DNA from: the human T2T-CHM13v2.0 reference genome, Homo sapiens
Assembly (NCBI RefSeq): GCF_009914755.1
Contig: NC_060929.1
Length of the DNA: 64,000 bases
Strand: one strand, 5' to 3'
The translations under genes and the position numbers were made by a program. A model generated the notes under the pieces. That model was not told the origin of the DNA. It saw only the letters and a list, made by a program, of their open reading frames with translations, and did not search any database. Shown here in pieces: positions 43,631 to 55,700 of the stretch. Every line of letters starts with the position of its first letter. Within the stretch, counting starts at the first letter, position 1.

Positions 43631-46600
43631 TGCTCTGGTTAGGGCTTCTAGTACTTTGTTGAATAGCAGTTGTGAGAGTGGGCATCCTTATCATGTTACA
43701 GTTCTCAAGCAGAGTCATTCCAGCATTTGCCCATTTAGTGTGATGTTGGCTGTGGGTTTGTCATAGATGGCCCTTATTATTTTTATGTATGTATTATTTT
43801 TATGTATGTTCCTCTGATGCCTCGTCTGTCGAAGGTTTTTATCATGAAGGGAGTTGGATTTATTAAAATCTTTTTCTGTGTCTATTGAGATGATCATATC
43901 GTTTTTGCTTTTAATTCTCTTTATGGAGTAAATCACATTTAGTGATTAACATATATTGAACCAGTCTTGCATCCTAGGAATAAAACCTACTTGATCATGG
44001 TGTATTAACTTTTTGATATGCTGCTGGAGTCAGTGTGATATTCATTGAAGACTTTTATGTCTATGTTCATTAGGATTATTGGCCTGAGGTTTATTTTTTT
44101 TTCGTTATATTTCTGCCAGATTTTGTTATCAGGCTGATGCTGGCTTCATAGAATGAGTTGGAGAGCAGCCCCTCCTCCTTGAATTTTTGGAAGAGTTTCA
44201 GTAAGATTGGTACCCATTCTTTACATGTTGGTAGAAATTGGTTGCGAATTCATCTGGTCCAGGGATTTTTGCAGTTGATAGGTTTTTATTACCAATTCAA
44301 TTTCAGAACTTATTGGTCTATTCAGGGTTTTACTTTCTTCTTGATTTACTCCTGAGAGGATGTTTGTTTCCAAGAATTTATCTATTTCCTCTAAATTTTC
44401 TAACTTGTATGCATAGAGTTGTTCATAATAGTCTCTTAGGGACCTTTGTATTTCAGTGGGATTGATTATAATGTCATCTTTGTCTTTTCTAACTGTACTT
44501 ACTTGGATCTTCTCTTTTTCTTTTTATTTGTTAATCTAGCTAGAGATTTATCAATCTTTTTAAATATTTTGAACACCCAACTCTTGGTTTTGTTGAACTT
44601 TTGTATGGATTTTTACACCACAATTTTTTTCAGTTCTCATCTAATTTTAGTTATTTCTTCTCTTCTGCTAGCTTTAGGGTGGAGTTGTCATATTTTTCCA
44701 GTTCCTCTAGGTGCAGTGTTAGATTGTTAATTTGACATCTTTCTAACTTATTCATGAAGGCATCTAGCACTATAAACTTTTAATAGCTTTAGCTGCATCC
44801 CCAAAATTTTGGTAAGCTGTGTTCCTGTTTTTATTAATTTTTTGATTCTGCCCTAATTTCATAGTTCATCCAGGAGTTATTTGAGAGCAAGTTCCAAAAT
44901 TTCCATATATTTATGTAATTTAAAGAGATCTTCTTGATACTAACTTTTATTTTGAAGGCAACGTGGTCCAAGAGGGTGTTTGGCATGATTTTATTTTATT
45001 TTATTTTATTTTTAATTTACTGAGACTTACTTTTATGACTAAACATGATATTAGAATATGTTCAGTGTGAAGATGAGAAGAATGTATATTTTGTGGTTCT
45101 TGAGTATAGTATTCTGTAGATGTCAATTAGGTCCAATTGGTTGAGGGTCAAGTTTAGTCCATAATTTCTTTGTTAGTGTTCTCCATTAATAATCTGTCCA
45201 ATACTGTCTGGAAGATTTTGAAGCCTCCCACTGTTATTGTGAGGCTACATCTCTTTGTAGGTCAAGAATGACTTATTTTATGGATCTGGGTATTTCAATA
45301 TTGGGTACATATATATTTAGGATAATTAAGTATTCTTGTTTAATTGAACCCTTTATTATCAGTAATTCCCTTCTTTTCCTTCTTAATTGTTGTTGGTTTA
45401 AATTCTGTTGTATCAGATGTAAGAATAGTGACACCTGTTATTTTTTTTCTTTTCATTTGCATGTAAATCTTTCTCCATCTTTTTTATTTTAAGGCTGTGG
45501 GTGTTGTTACATGTGGGATGGGTGTCTTAAAGACAGTGAACAGATGGCTCTTGTATTTTTATCCAGCGTGATACTCTATGCCTTTTAAGTGAGGTGTTTA
45601 GCCCATTTACATTCAAGGTTGGTATAGGTATGTGTGATTTTTATTCTATCATTTTGTTGTTATCTGGTTGTTACGTGGACTAGCTTGCTTATAACTCGTG
45701 TCCGCAAATAGTCTCCATCTATTATTGTGAAGCTACATCTCTTTGTAGGTCAAGAACGACATATTTTATAAATCTGGTTGTTCTAATGTTGGGTACATAC
45801 ATATTTTAATTCTAAGTAAGGTGTTTAGCCCATTTACATTCAAGATTAGTATTGGTATATGTAATTTTGAGTCCATCATTTTGTTGTTACCAGGTTGTCA
45901 TGTAGACTTGCTTACTCATGGTGCCTGTCTGCTATGTGCTTACCTGTGTTTTTGTGGTAGTATCTTTTTTTTTTGTTTGGTTTTATGTTTAGTACTCCTT
46001 AAAGGACCTCATGTAAGGCTAGCCTAGTTGTAACAAATTCCATCAGAATTTGCTTGTCTGAGGAAAATCTTATTTCTCCTTCACTTACGAAGCTTAGATT
46101 AATGGGATACAAAAAATCTTGGTTGAAATTTATTTTCTTTAATGATTCTGAAAATAGGACCCCAATCTCTTCTGGCTTGTAATGTTTCTGCTGAGGGGTC
46201 TATTGCTGGCCTGATTGGGTTTCTTTTGTATATGATTTGACCTTTCTTTCCAGCTACCTTTAAGATACTTTCTTTAGCACTGAGTCTGGTGCATCTAATG
46301 ACTACCTTTCTCAGGGATGGTTTTCTTGTACAGTATCTTGCCAGAGTTCTCTCTATTTCTTTGAATTTGTATGTCAACCTCTCTAGTGACATTAGGGAAA
46401 TTTTTATGGTTTATATCCTCAAATATGTTTTTTTTAGTTTATTACTCTCTCTCCTCTCTCAGGAATATCAATAAATCGCAGGTTTGATTTTTTTTTACAT
46501 AATCTCTACTTCTTGGAGATTTTATCCATTTAAAAACTATTTTGTCTTTATTTTTGTATGATTGAGTTGACTTGAAGGATTGATCTTCAAGCTCTAAGAT

Positions 46601-47440
46601 TCCTTTTCCAGCTTGGTTTATTCCAATATTAATACTTCCAGCTCTTTTATGAAGTTCTTGCAGTGCATATTTCAAATCTAGAATTTGTTAGGTTCTTTTT
46701 TAAAATGGCTATGTCATCCTTTAGCTCCTGCATCATTTTACAGAATTCTTTGTCCTTCTTTAATTGAGTTTTAACTGTCTCCTGAATCTTGATGATTTTC
46801 CTTGCCATCCAGATTCTGCATTCTATATTTGTCATTTCATTAATTTCACTCTGGTGAAGAACCATTGTTGTGGAGCCAGTGGACTTACCTGGAGGCAAGG
46901 GGTCACTCTGGTTTTTTGAATATCCAGTGTTCTTGCACTGATTTTTTTCTCATCTGAGACGGCTTGTCTTTAAAGGTAGTGTCAGTTTAATATAGTCAAT
47001 TGGCTTCATTTTAGATGGTTTCAGATGGCCAAGGTTATGCACAGGATCTTTATTTGTGACTAATCTCTTGCCTTTGGTTTCATAGGGATATATATTAGTT
47101 TGGATTTTAATTCAGTAGATGCTTCTTAAGATTAACGGCTAGCATGTAGGCACTTACCAAGCCATGCACCTTTTTTTATATTTCCCTGTGTTCACAGCCG
47201 TGCTCCCTTCTCTTAGAGCCATTCAGGACCAGGAACTATTCCTAGCATTTGGCATATCTGTGCAGGGCTGCCAGGTTCCTCTCTCTTCAGTCTCAGTTTC
47301 TGTGCTGCCTCACTATTGACACTTGGTGTTTCATCTCCAGAGATCTGCTTAAAGTATGTTGGTGTATTCAATATTTTGTTATCTTTCAGTGGAAGTAGAA
47401 CTTCCTGGCTGGATCTAGTTGGCTACCTTTGCCCTCATTT
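43631..47440 (-). mobile_element. Older primate L1 (L1PB/L1PA15-16-like): 5'UTR remnant, ORF1 and 5' half of ORF2; 3' part absent
   Basis: ORF1 fragments (SAETLQARRDWGPIF, 46099-46392). ORF2 RT fragment (MIISID...[14 protein letters not shown], 43715-43936). Confidence 0.9.
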
Positions 47441-47639
47441 CCCAATACTCATTTTTAAATTTCAAAGGAGGCAAAACATTTCCTGGATTCCAGAATAACT
47501 CAGCATCCTTCCTACAGATATCCCAGTAGGACATCTTTCATACAGATAACCTGTAGGACACAGGATGACAGAGGATGTGATGGAGCCATCTGGGAACTCC
47601 TGGAGCTGGTGAGACAGAGTAGTAGAGATGGGCCAAAAT

Positions 47640-49360
47640 ATTGTTTTTAATTTGTCATGAGACTTTCATGATCCAAGTGTTATTTAGAAGTGTGTTGTTT
47701 AATCCAATATAGTGAGGTTTTCCTGCTATCTTTCTATGACTGAGTTTAATTGCACTGTGGTCTGTTAGGTAGATTCACTGTGCACTGGTTACTGTTGTAA
47801 CCTACTACATCTTGAACTGCACTTTTACTAGTTGCCCAAGTCCAGTAAGACAGAAGTTGTACAACATGAGTTTATTATTTACACATAGAAAATAAGAGAC
47901 AACAGAAGTCTAGCATTCAGGAGAAGCCATTCCCTCAAGTTTCAGGAAAGCTGCTCAGGGCAGGTGGAATTGTGTCTGCATATGCTTCACCTGCACTACA
48001 ACTGAAGGGAAATAGAAAGCAGTGTACCCTGGGTTTTATAACCTGCAGGGCACTGGACACCCTGGGCTAAAACACTGAAGGATATGTTATTTCTAAAAGG
48101 GACTAGAACACAGCTTGGGCTGTTCTGGCTAGTTCTTTCTTATCTCAGGATGTTGCATTGTCAGCATTATTCCACAGTTATTATTGATAACTGTAAATAA
48201 GAAGAGGAAAAGGTAGAACTAGGTCAGACTCGGGCCACCTAGAAAATTGTCCTGAATTGTCTGTGAGCATACTTTGTATGATTTTTATTATTTAAATTTG
48301 TTTGAGTGTGTTACATGGCCCAGAATTTGGTCTATCTTTGTGAATGTCTCATGCTGCAAAGAATGTGTCCTGCTATTTTGGATAAAGTATTTTATAAATG
48401 TCAATTAGATTCAGTTGACTGCTCCTGCTGTTCAGTTTACCTATTTTCATACATTTTCTGCCTGCTGAATTTGTCAGTTACTGATAGAGAAGTGTTCAAG
48501 CCTCCAAATATAGTCATAGATTTGCCTATTTCTCCTTGAAGTTCTATCAGGTTTTGCTTTACATATCTTGATGCTCTATTATTAAGTAGGTACATAATAG
48601 AGATGGTTATGTCTTCTTGAAGAATTTACCTATTAATAATTATGCAATGCTCCTTTTGTCCCTTATGATTTGTTGTTTTATGAAGTCTGCTTTTTTCTGA
48701 AAATAATATAGCTTTTCAAGCTTTCTTCTTATTAGTATTGGCATGATATATCTATTTTTATAACTTATGTGATTGGAAAGCTAAATGGCACATAATTTTA
48801 TTACATGCCTCCCTGTAGGTAAAAATTAAGCTCTGGTAAAGTAGGTTTCTGTTGGAGAGAAGGTTTTTGTTACATAGAACTCTCTGGAAATATTTCATAA
48901 TGCTGCTTCTTCCTCCACCATCTATCAGAGCCACACACACACATACACAAATCATTTTTACTCTTCCTGGTACTACACTGGTATGCTGGTGGGGTAGCTG
49001 AAGATAAAACCAAAAGAAGTACCTCCCCACTCACCCACAAGGCTATGGCCCCCTAGAGTTTCTCTAATTGCTGGTCTATATTCAGCCTCAGTGTTTTCAT
49101 AATATTAGCATTTAAATATATTTTACAGTTTATGACCCCAGCAACTTCTGTTGCAAATAAATAGATCTTGGTATAACTTTTATATTCATCTGTCTCTGCA
49201 AATTTCAGGATTGTAGTCTGCCCTGTAGGTCAATTTTCTGATGAATCCCATAGATTTGTTTTGTTTTTGTTTTTCTTTTGTTTTACTTTTTTAGGTTGTT
49301 ATAAAAAAGGAAGTGATGATTTCTAATCTCATTACATGTGGGTAATGAAAGCTGAAATTC
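47640..49360 (-). mobile_element. L1MC-like ORF2 5' region/inter-ORF remnant
   Basis: Antisense endonuclease-region motifs (atggcccagaat.tggtctatctt.gtgaatgt; gtctatttctcctt.agttctatcag). Confidence 0.7.
47763..48256. mobile_element. Solo ERVL-class LTR (MER73/MER74-like) inserted in L1M
   Basis: Begins TG (tgttagg.agattcactgtgcactggttac). 5-bp TSD tggtc/ttgtc splits the L1 motif cactgtggtc|tgtgagcatactttgtatga. Confidence 0.65.
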
Positions 49361-52300
49361 AGCACACTGATTTTAACATTCCTATTCTGAGGAAACACAT
49401 CACATTATTTATATTTATGTGCAAGAACTATTAACATGGACTTATGTACCTACTGATTGGTCTGGAAGATATAGTCTCTATTTGGGCAAATACTTCCCAG
49501 TGACAATTTTGTAAGAAAGAGCACAGATTTTGCTCATCAAATAGGTCTCTCAGTCACTGAGTATGTAAAAAAACAGGCAAAATCAACATTCAGAAAGCAC
49601 CTTCTGAGTGTCAAACACTACAGTGGCTATTTCATACATGAAATCTCATTTATTCACCTTTATCATTAAACAAGATAACATTATTGTCCCAGTGTAAGAC
49701 ACTGGATCAGAAAAATCAGTCAAATGTCCAAGGGTACATAGCTCAATTAACAAGTGAACTGATATTTTAAACTAAGTATATATAATCCCCAAAACCCTGT
49801 GCTTTCAAATAAAATGGAGCTTGGTTAGTAATTTTATTGGAATTTTAATGTAAATATGATTACATATATATAATTATTTGAGAAAAATTAAGCATCTGGA
49901 CTGGACAATCTCCCAATCTCAGCACACTATATTTTTACTCATTTAGTTAAGTTGCTTCTGATATATTTGTCATTGTCTATGTGTAAAGCATATAACAGGC
50001 TCACCTCTGATTTTCTTAAGTCTGATCTCATTTGCTAAATCAAAATTATTACTGTAAGAGCTCCCATCCTCAACCAGCCTCCATCACAAGTCCAGAGTTC
50101 CCTTATCTTTATATGACATTCCTCTTTATTTGGTAAATAGTATTTTCTAAAAGCAGTGCCTCATTTTTTTTTTGATGTGCAGAAAAGTTGTTGAGACAAT
50201 AACTTATCACCTTACCTGTTACAGTTCTTGTGTGATGCCAGTCTTTTCTTATACAAGGATAGTGTCTGTATCTGTTTACTAAGTTTTGCCTTACTTTTTA
50301 TTTTTGTGTCCTCCTTTAATTTAATGTTTTTCTTTCAAACCTGTGTCTACTGTAAAGAGTTAGAAATATGACATTTGTGAGCTTAATGAATACTTGGTAG
50401 ATAAATGAATAAATTAATGAAACTAGATCATATTGCACATATATTCACATATATTTAATAAATTAACAAATACATATGTTGGTATAAAATCCTGATATCT
50501 CTTGTTTTGTTATAACTGAAACTCATCCAATCCAGTTAGCAGATATGAAATATTACTATTCAGGATTGAAATCATCACTTTTTTCAGAATTCAAGGTAAT
50601 ACTTACAGAGTTGAGATAAAAGAAATCTTAGGTATGGACCACTATAGAAATGGTCATGGATTGAATATGAAAATAAATATATAATGTATTTCTCTTTAAA
50701 TTTGTTAGTGGATTTCTTTAACTTAGAAGAAGGCATTGCAGAATAGTATTATTCCACATCATATATATATTATATACAAATGTGTGTGTGTGTGGGGGGG
50801 TTCTGTGTGTGTGTGTGTCTGTGCACTTGCATGCATTGTAGCATGGCCACTAAAGGTAATAGTGTATTTCAATGCAAATCATTCTGATTTACTGCTAACT
50901 AATGGACAGCTTTTAGATGGATAGGGCTATAAATGTTTGTAAACATTGGATTCCACAGAACACTTTTCTCCAGGGAGCTGTTTCATGTTAATAAGCTTTA
51001 TATTTTTGAATCTGCAATACCCTAAAGAGACACAAAGCAATAATGCCTTCATCAAAGCATAATGTGGAGCAGTTCATTCAGATAACTTAGTGTAAGGGGC
51101 TTTCTCCATATATGCAATGCTGGAAAGAGCTAATAAAATAAATTAAATCTGAATGAAACACCAATTGTGCATGTTATGAATGTTGATATAAGTACAGTGA
51201 TATAATAAAACGGAATTATTATAACAGTGTTATGCATTAGGATACATTTACATATAAGAGTACCATATACAAAGGGCAGTGGATTTATATTGTAAACATA
51301 TGTTTTAGCCTTTGCCTTTCTAGTTACTGAATCTGTGCTTTAAGTTACATCACATAAATTCTAAGAGACTCCATTTTCTTTATGTATAACTAATTATAAC
51401 ATATGTTTATGATTTAGTTCTCTTTCTCTAGATAATATTTTAAATGGAAGTATTTTACATATAGAAATAAACCAGTAACTGTTGAAAATGCTGACTCCAG
51501 TTAAAGAGAAAAGTTAATGCAGAACTAAGACGTACTTATAACTGGGAAAGTTAAAATAATGGCAGTCAATGAGATTTTCAACAGAAACATTGTAGAAAGA
51601 AAAGAGTAGAGTGCTAAGGGCAAAACTTGAAAATATTTATCTGTTCTTTCCTCTCTTGAAATGTTGATTCATATATCCAAATCTCACTGACCATACCAAT
51701 AAAAATACTAAACAGCTATCAAAATTATTGATTTAAAATGGAATCAGAAGAGGGAAAGCATATTAAAATTAATGGAAACTTTCTGTGAACCATTTAGAAA
51801 TTAAACTCCCGTCGGTTTCTATGATCATGATTATGTGATTATGACCATTAACAATCTATTATCTCTAATTCTTTAAATAATTTAACAGTGAAGATCCAAA
51901 TATTTTATCCTGATTTTCGGTTGTATTTTTTATGTTATTTATTAATATCAAATTCCATTTATTTTTAGGAAAGTTAAAAAGCAAATGAATAAACCAAAAT
52001 ATATATTTATTTGATATTAAAATCTATTATGGTAGGTATGGATTATATTTGCTTAAATTGCATAGACTGTTTTTTTGCCATGATATAACCAACATATATT
52101 AAATACTTAATAAATTATATATATTAAAGAATTTTTAATGCATGTAAGTTAAGACTCATAAACATGTTTGATGTTAGTATTATTATTTTAACTTTAGAGA
52201 TTAATTTCCTTATAAATGATCACATGGTCACTAATTTAGATAGGTTTTAAATTCAGGCAGTTTGACCTCATTGTCAGTATTCTTTATTTCTACACCATAA

Positions 52301-52547
52301 GACCTCCCGTATGCACAGTTTTTCATTAAAATACTGTAAGAATTGTTACCTGCACATGCACACGTATTTATTTAGAAATTAATTTCTAGATTTCTATAAT
52401 ATACCTGCGTGAAAAAGTCAAAAATATTTTCGTCAGAATTCAAGAACTCATGCAATTTATAAACTTAGTTTCTCTTACTCTTTCTCCCTCAATTATTTAG
52501 ATAAGAAAAAATACTTTAGATTCAAAGGTAAAATAGTATGGGATGCC

Positions 52548-52744
52548 TATACAACACATGTTTTTGTGAGCTCCAGGTTGTGTCAAAGTGGCTGGGGCAA
52601 AGTGGCTGGGGCAAAGCTACAAGTTAACAACATCTCAGCAAAGCAACTGTTTAAAGTACAGGTCTTTTTCAAAATGGAGTCTCTTATGTCTTTCCTTTCT
52701 ACATAGACACAGTGACAGTCTGATCTCTCTTTCTTTTCCCTGCA
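52548..52744 (-). mobile_element. HERV-K(HML-2) LTR5A/B 5' stub (~197 bp of U3)
   Basis: Minus strand tgcagggaaaagaaagagagatcagactgtcactgtgtctatgtagaaagg...ctttgccccagccactttgccccagccac. Confidence 0.88.
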
Positions 52745-55700
52745 GATCTACACAAAGAGCATCAGAGAGGGAATCAATAGGGATAAAATATATTTTAATC
52801 TTTATTTTAATTGATCTAACAAATAACTTTGTTCAAAGTAATAAGGATAACAGTGTGTTGGGTAATTATAACCTATGGATAAGTGAAATGAATTAAAGCA
52901 GTGATATAAGATATGAGAGGGAGAAGATTATAACACTCAAAGGTACCTACATTATATGTGAAATGCTGTAGTGATATTTGAAGTTAGAGTACATTAGTTA
53001 AAAATGGATATTGAGAACTGTAGGATAACCATTAAAGATAATAAAGAGAGATATAGTTAATATGGTAATAGATGAGAGAAAAATTCAATTATCTACAATA
53101 TTAAATAAAAACAATAAAAAAAGGCTGAACAAAGGGGAAGAAGTAAAAATAAACAAAGAAAGGTGCAATAAGTAGGACATGATTATAAACAAGGGCTAAG
53201 AAATGTTTAACTCAACTATATTAAAAGTAACTGTAAATGGGAACAGTAGTAATACACTCATTCTAAGGTAGAGACAGTCAGAATGTTTATAGAAACAAGT
53301 CCCAACTATATGTCTACAAGAAATAGACCTTAATTATAGAACCAAATAATTTGAAGGAAAAGTGGAGAAGGTATACTATGCTAACATCAGTGAAAAAAAA
53401 AATGCTGCAGTTACTATTTTAATTTCAGACAAAGCAGAATTTCAAATAAAAATATTTTTCAGGACTAATAAAGGGACACCACATAATGATAAAGGGGTCG
53501 TTCCTCAAGAAAATATAACAAATCCTAAACTTGTGTGCGTCTAACAACACAGTGTCAACCTACAAGAGGCAGTAACTTACAGAAAAAAAATTACTGACTT
53601 TAACATTCCTCTTTAAATAATTGATAAACCAAACAGGAGTAAATCAATAAAGATGTAGTGATAGTGAATAGCACTATCAACCAACTTTGTCTAACTGATA
53701 TTGATAGAATACTCCATCCTCAACACCAGCAGAATATTTATTCATCTCAAACTCATATAGAACATTCACCAAGATACTATTATGTGATGTAGAAGGTCAC
53801 ATGACACAAGGCTAACATGTAAAAATCATTTTGCATTTTATATCTTACTAAACAATGGGAATTTAAAATTTAAAAGTATTTCCACAGTGGCTGAAGTAAT
53901 TTACACCACGAACTTAAACTCACCAACAGTGTACCAGTGCCCCTTTTGGTCTATAATTTCACCAAAACCTGTTATTTTCTGACCTTTAAACAAGTTATTC
54001 TAACTTGTGTGAGATAGTACCTCATTGTAGATTTAATTTGCATTTATCTGATGATTAGTGATGATGAGCAATGTTATATATGTTTGTTGGCTGCTTGTAT
54101 GTCTTCTTTGGAGAAGTATATATTCAAGTCTTTTTGCTTATTTTTTAATGAGGTGATTTGTTTTATGCTTGTTGAATTGTGTAATTTCCTCATAGATTCT
54201 GGATATTAGACCTTTGTTGGATCCATAGTTTGGGAATATTATCTTCCATTCTGTAGGTTTTATGGAGATTTCTCAAATAACTAAGATTTGAGCTATCATT
54301 TGACCCAGAAATCCCATCACTGGGTATATACTCAAAGTAAAATAAATTTTTCTACCAAAAGGACATGTGCACCTGTATGTTCATTGCAGCACTACTCACA
54401 GTAGCAAAAACATGGAATCAACGTAGATGAAATAAAGAAAATCTGTTAGATATACACCATGAAATACTATGCAGCCATAAAAAAGAATGAAATTATGTCC
54501 TTTACAGCCACATGGGTGCAGCTGGAGGCCATTATTGTAAACAAACTAATCTAGAAACAGAAAACTAAATACCGTATGTTCTCATGTATAATTAGGAGAT
54601 AAACATTGGGTACACTTTGACATAAATATGACTTCATGTCATAAATATGACATAAATATGACTTCAGTCTTCAGACGCTGAAGACTACTAGAGGTGCAAG
54701 AGAGGAAGTGGGGTAAATGTTGAAAAACTACCTATTGAATACTATGCTCATTATCTGGATGATTTATTCAACTGTATACTCCAAACTTAAGCATCACACA
54801 ATATACTCTAGTAGCAAACCTGCACATGTACCTACTGATTATAAAAGCTGAAAAAATTACTTATAATATTAAAAATGTAAGAAAGATATAAATCTTTCAA
54901 AATATATATGGGATTAATATGCTGAAAACTATAAAATTGTGTTGAAGTTAAATCAAAGACCTAAATAAATGAAGATGTATTCCATGTTCATACATTGGAA
55001 GACTCAGTGTTGTTAAGCTGCCAGTTCTTCCCAGTTTGTTCTACAGAGACAGTGTAACCCCAATCAAAATTCCATCAAAAAATTATTTAGGTATCAGTAC
55101 ACAGATTCTAAAATTTATATGGAAAGGTCAAAGACATACAATAGACAGCACAGTACTCAAAAAAGAAAGTTGAAAAATTAATACTACTCAATTTTAAGAC
55201 AATATAGATTTATACTAATGAAGACAGCCTGGTATTTGCTGAAGAATGGATTCATAGATCAATGAAACATAACTGAAAACCCAGAAATAGACTGACATTT
55301 AAAAAGTCATCACGTTTTATTTTGCACATATATGTATAGAAACGTTATTCATAACTGCCCCAAATTAGAAGTAAGTTGTGTGTAAAGAATGCAACTGAGA
55401 TGTCCTTCAATAGATAAATAAAGTGTTGGACATGCTTCATGCATACAATGGGTTTTTATTTAGCTATAAAGAATAAGGAGCTATCAAGACATTAAAAAAT
55501 GGAGGAAACTTAGAATGCACATTTCTAAGTGATAAAAAGTAGTATGCAAAAGCTGTATATAGTATGATTACAATTATATGGCATTCTGGAATGATGAAGC
55601 TACAATGATAGAAATATCAGTGGTTGTGGAGGTTGGAGAGTAAGGGGAGGGTTAAATAGGTGAAACAAATTTTCTTTGTGGGGTGAATTATCTGTTTCAG

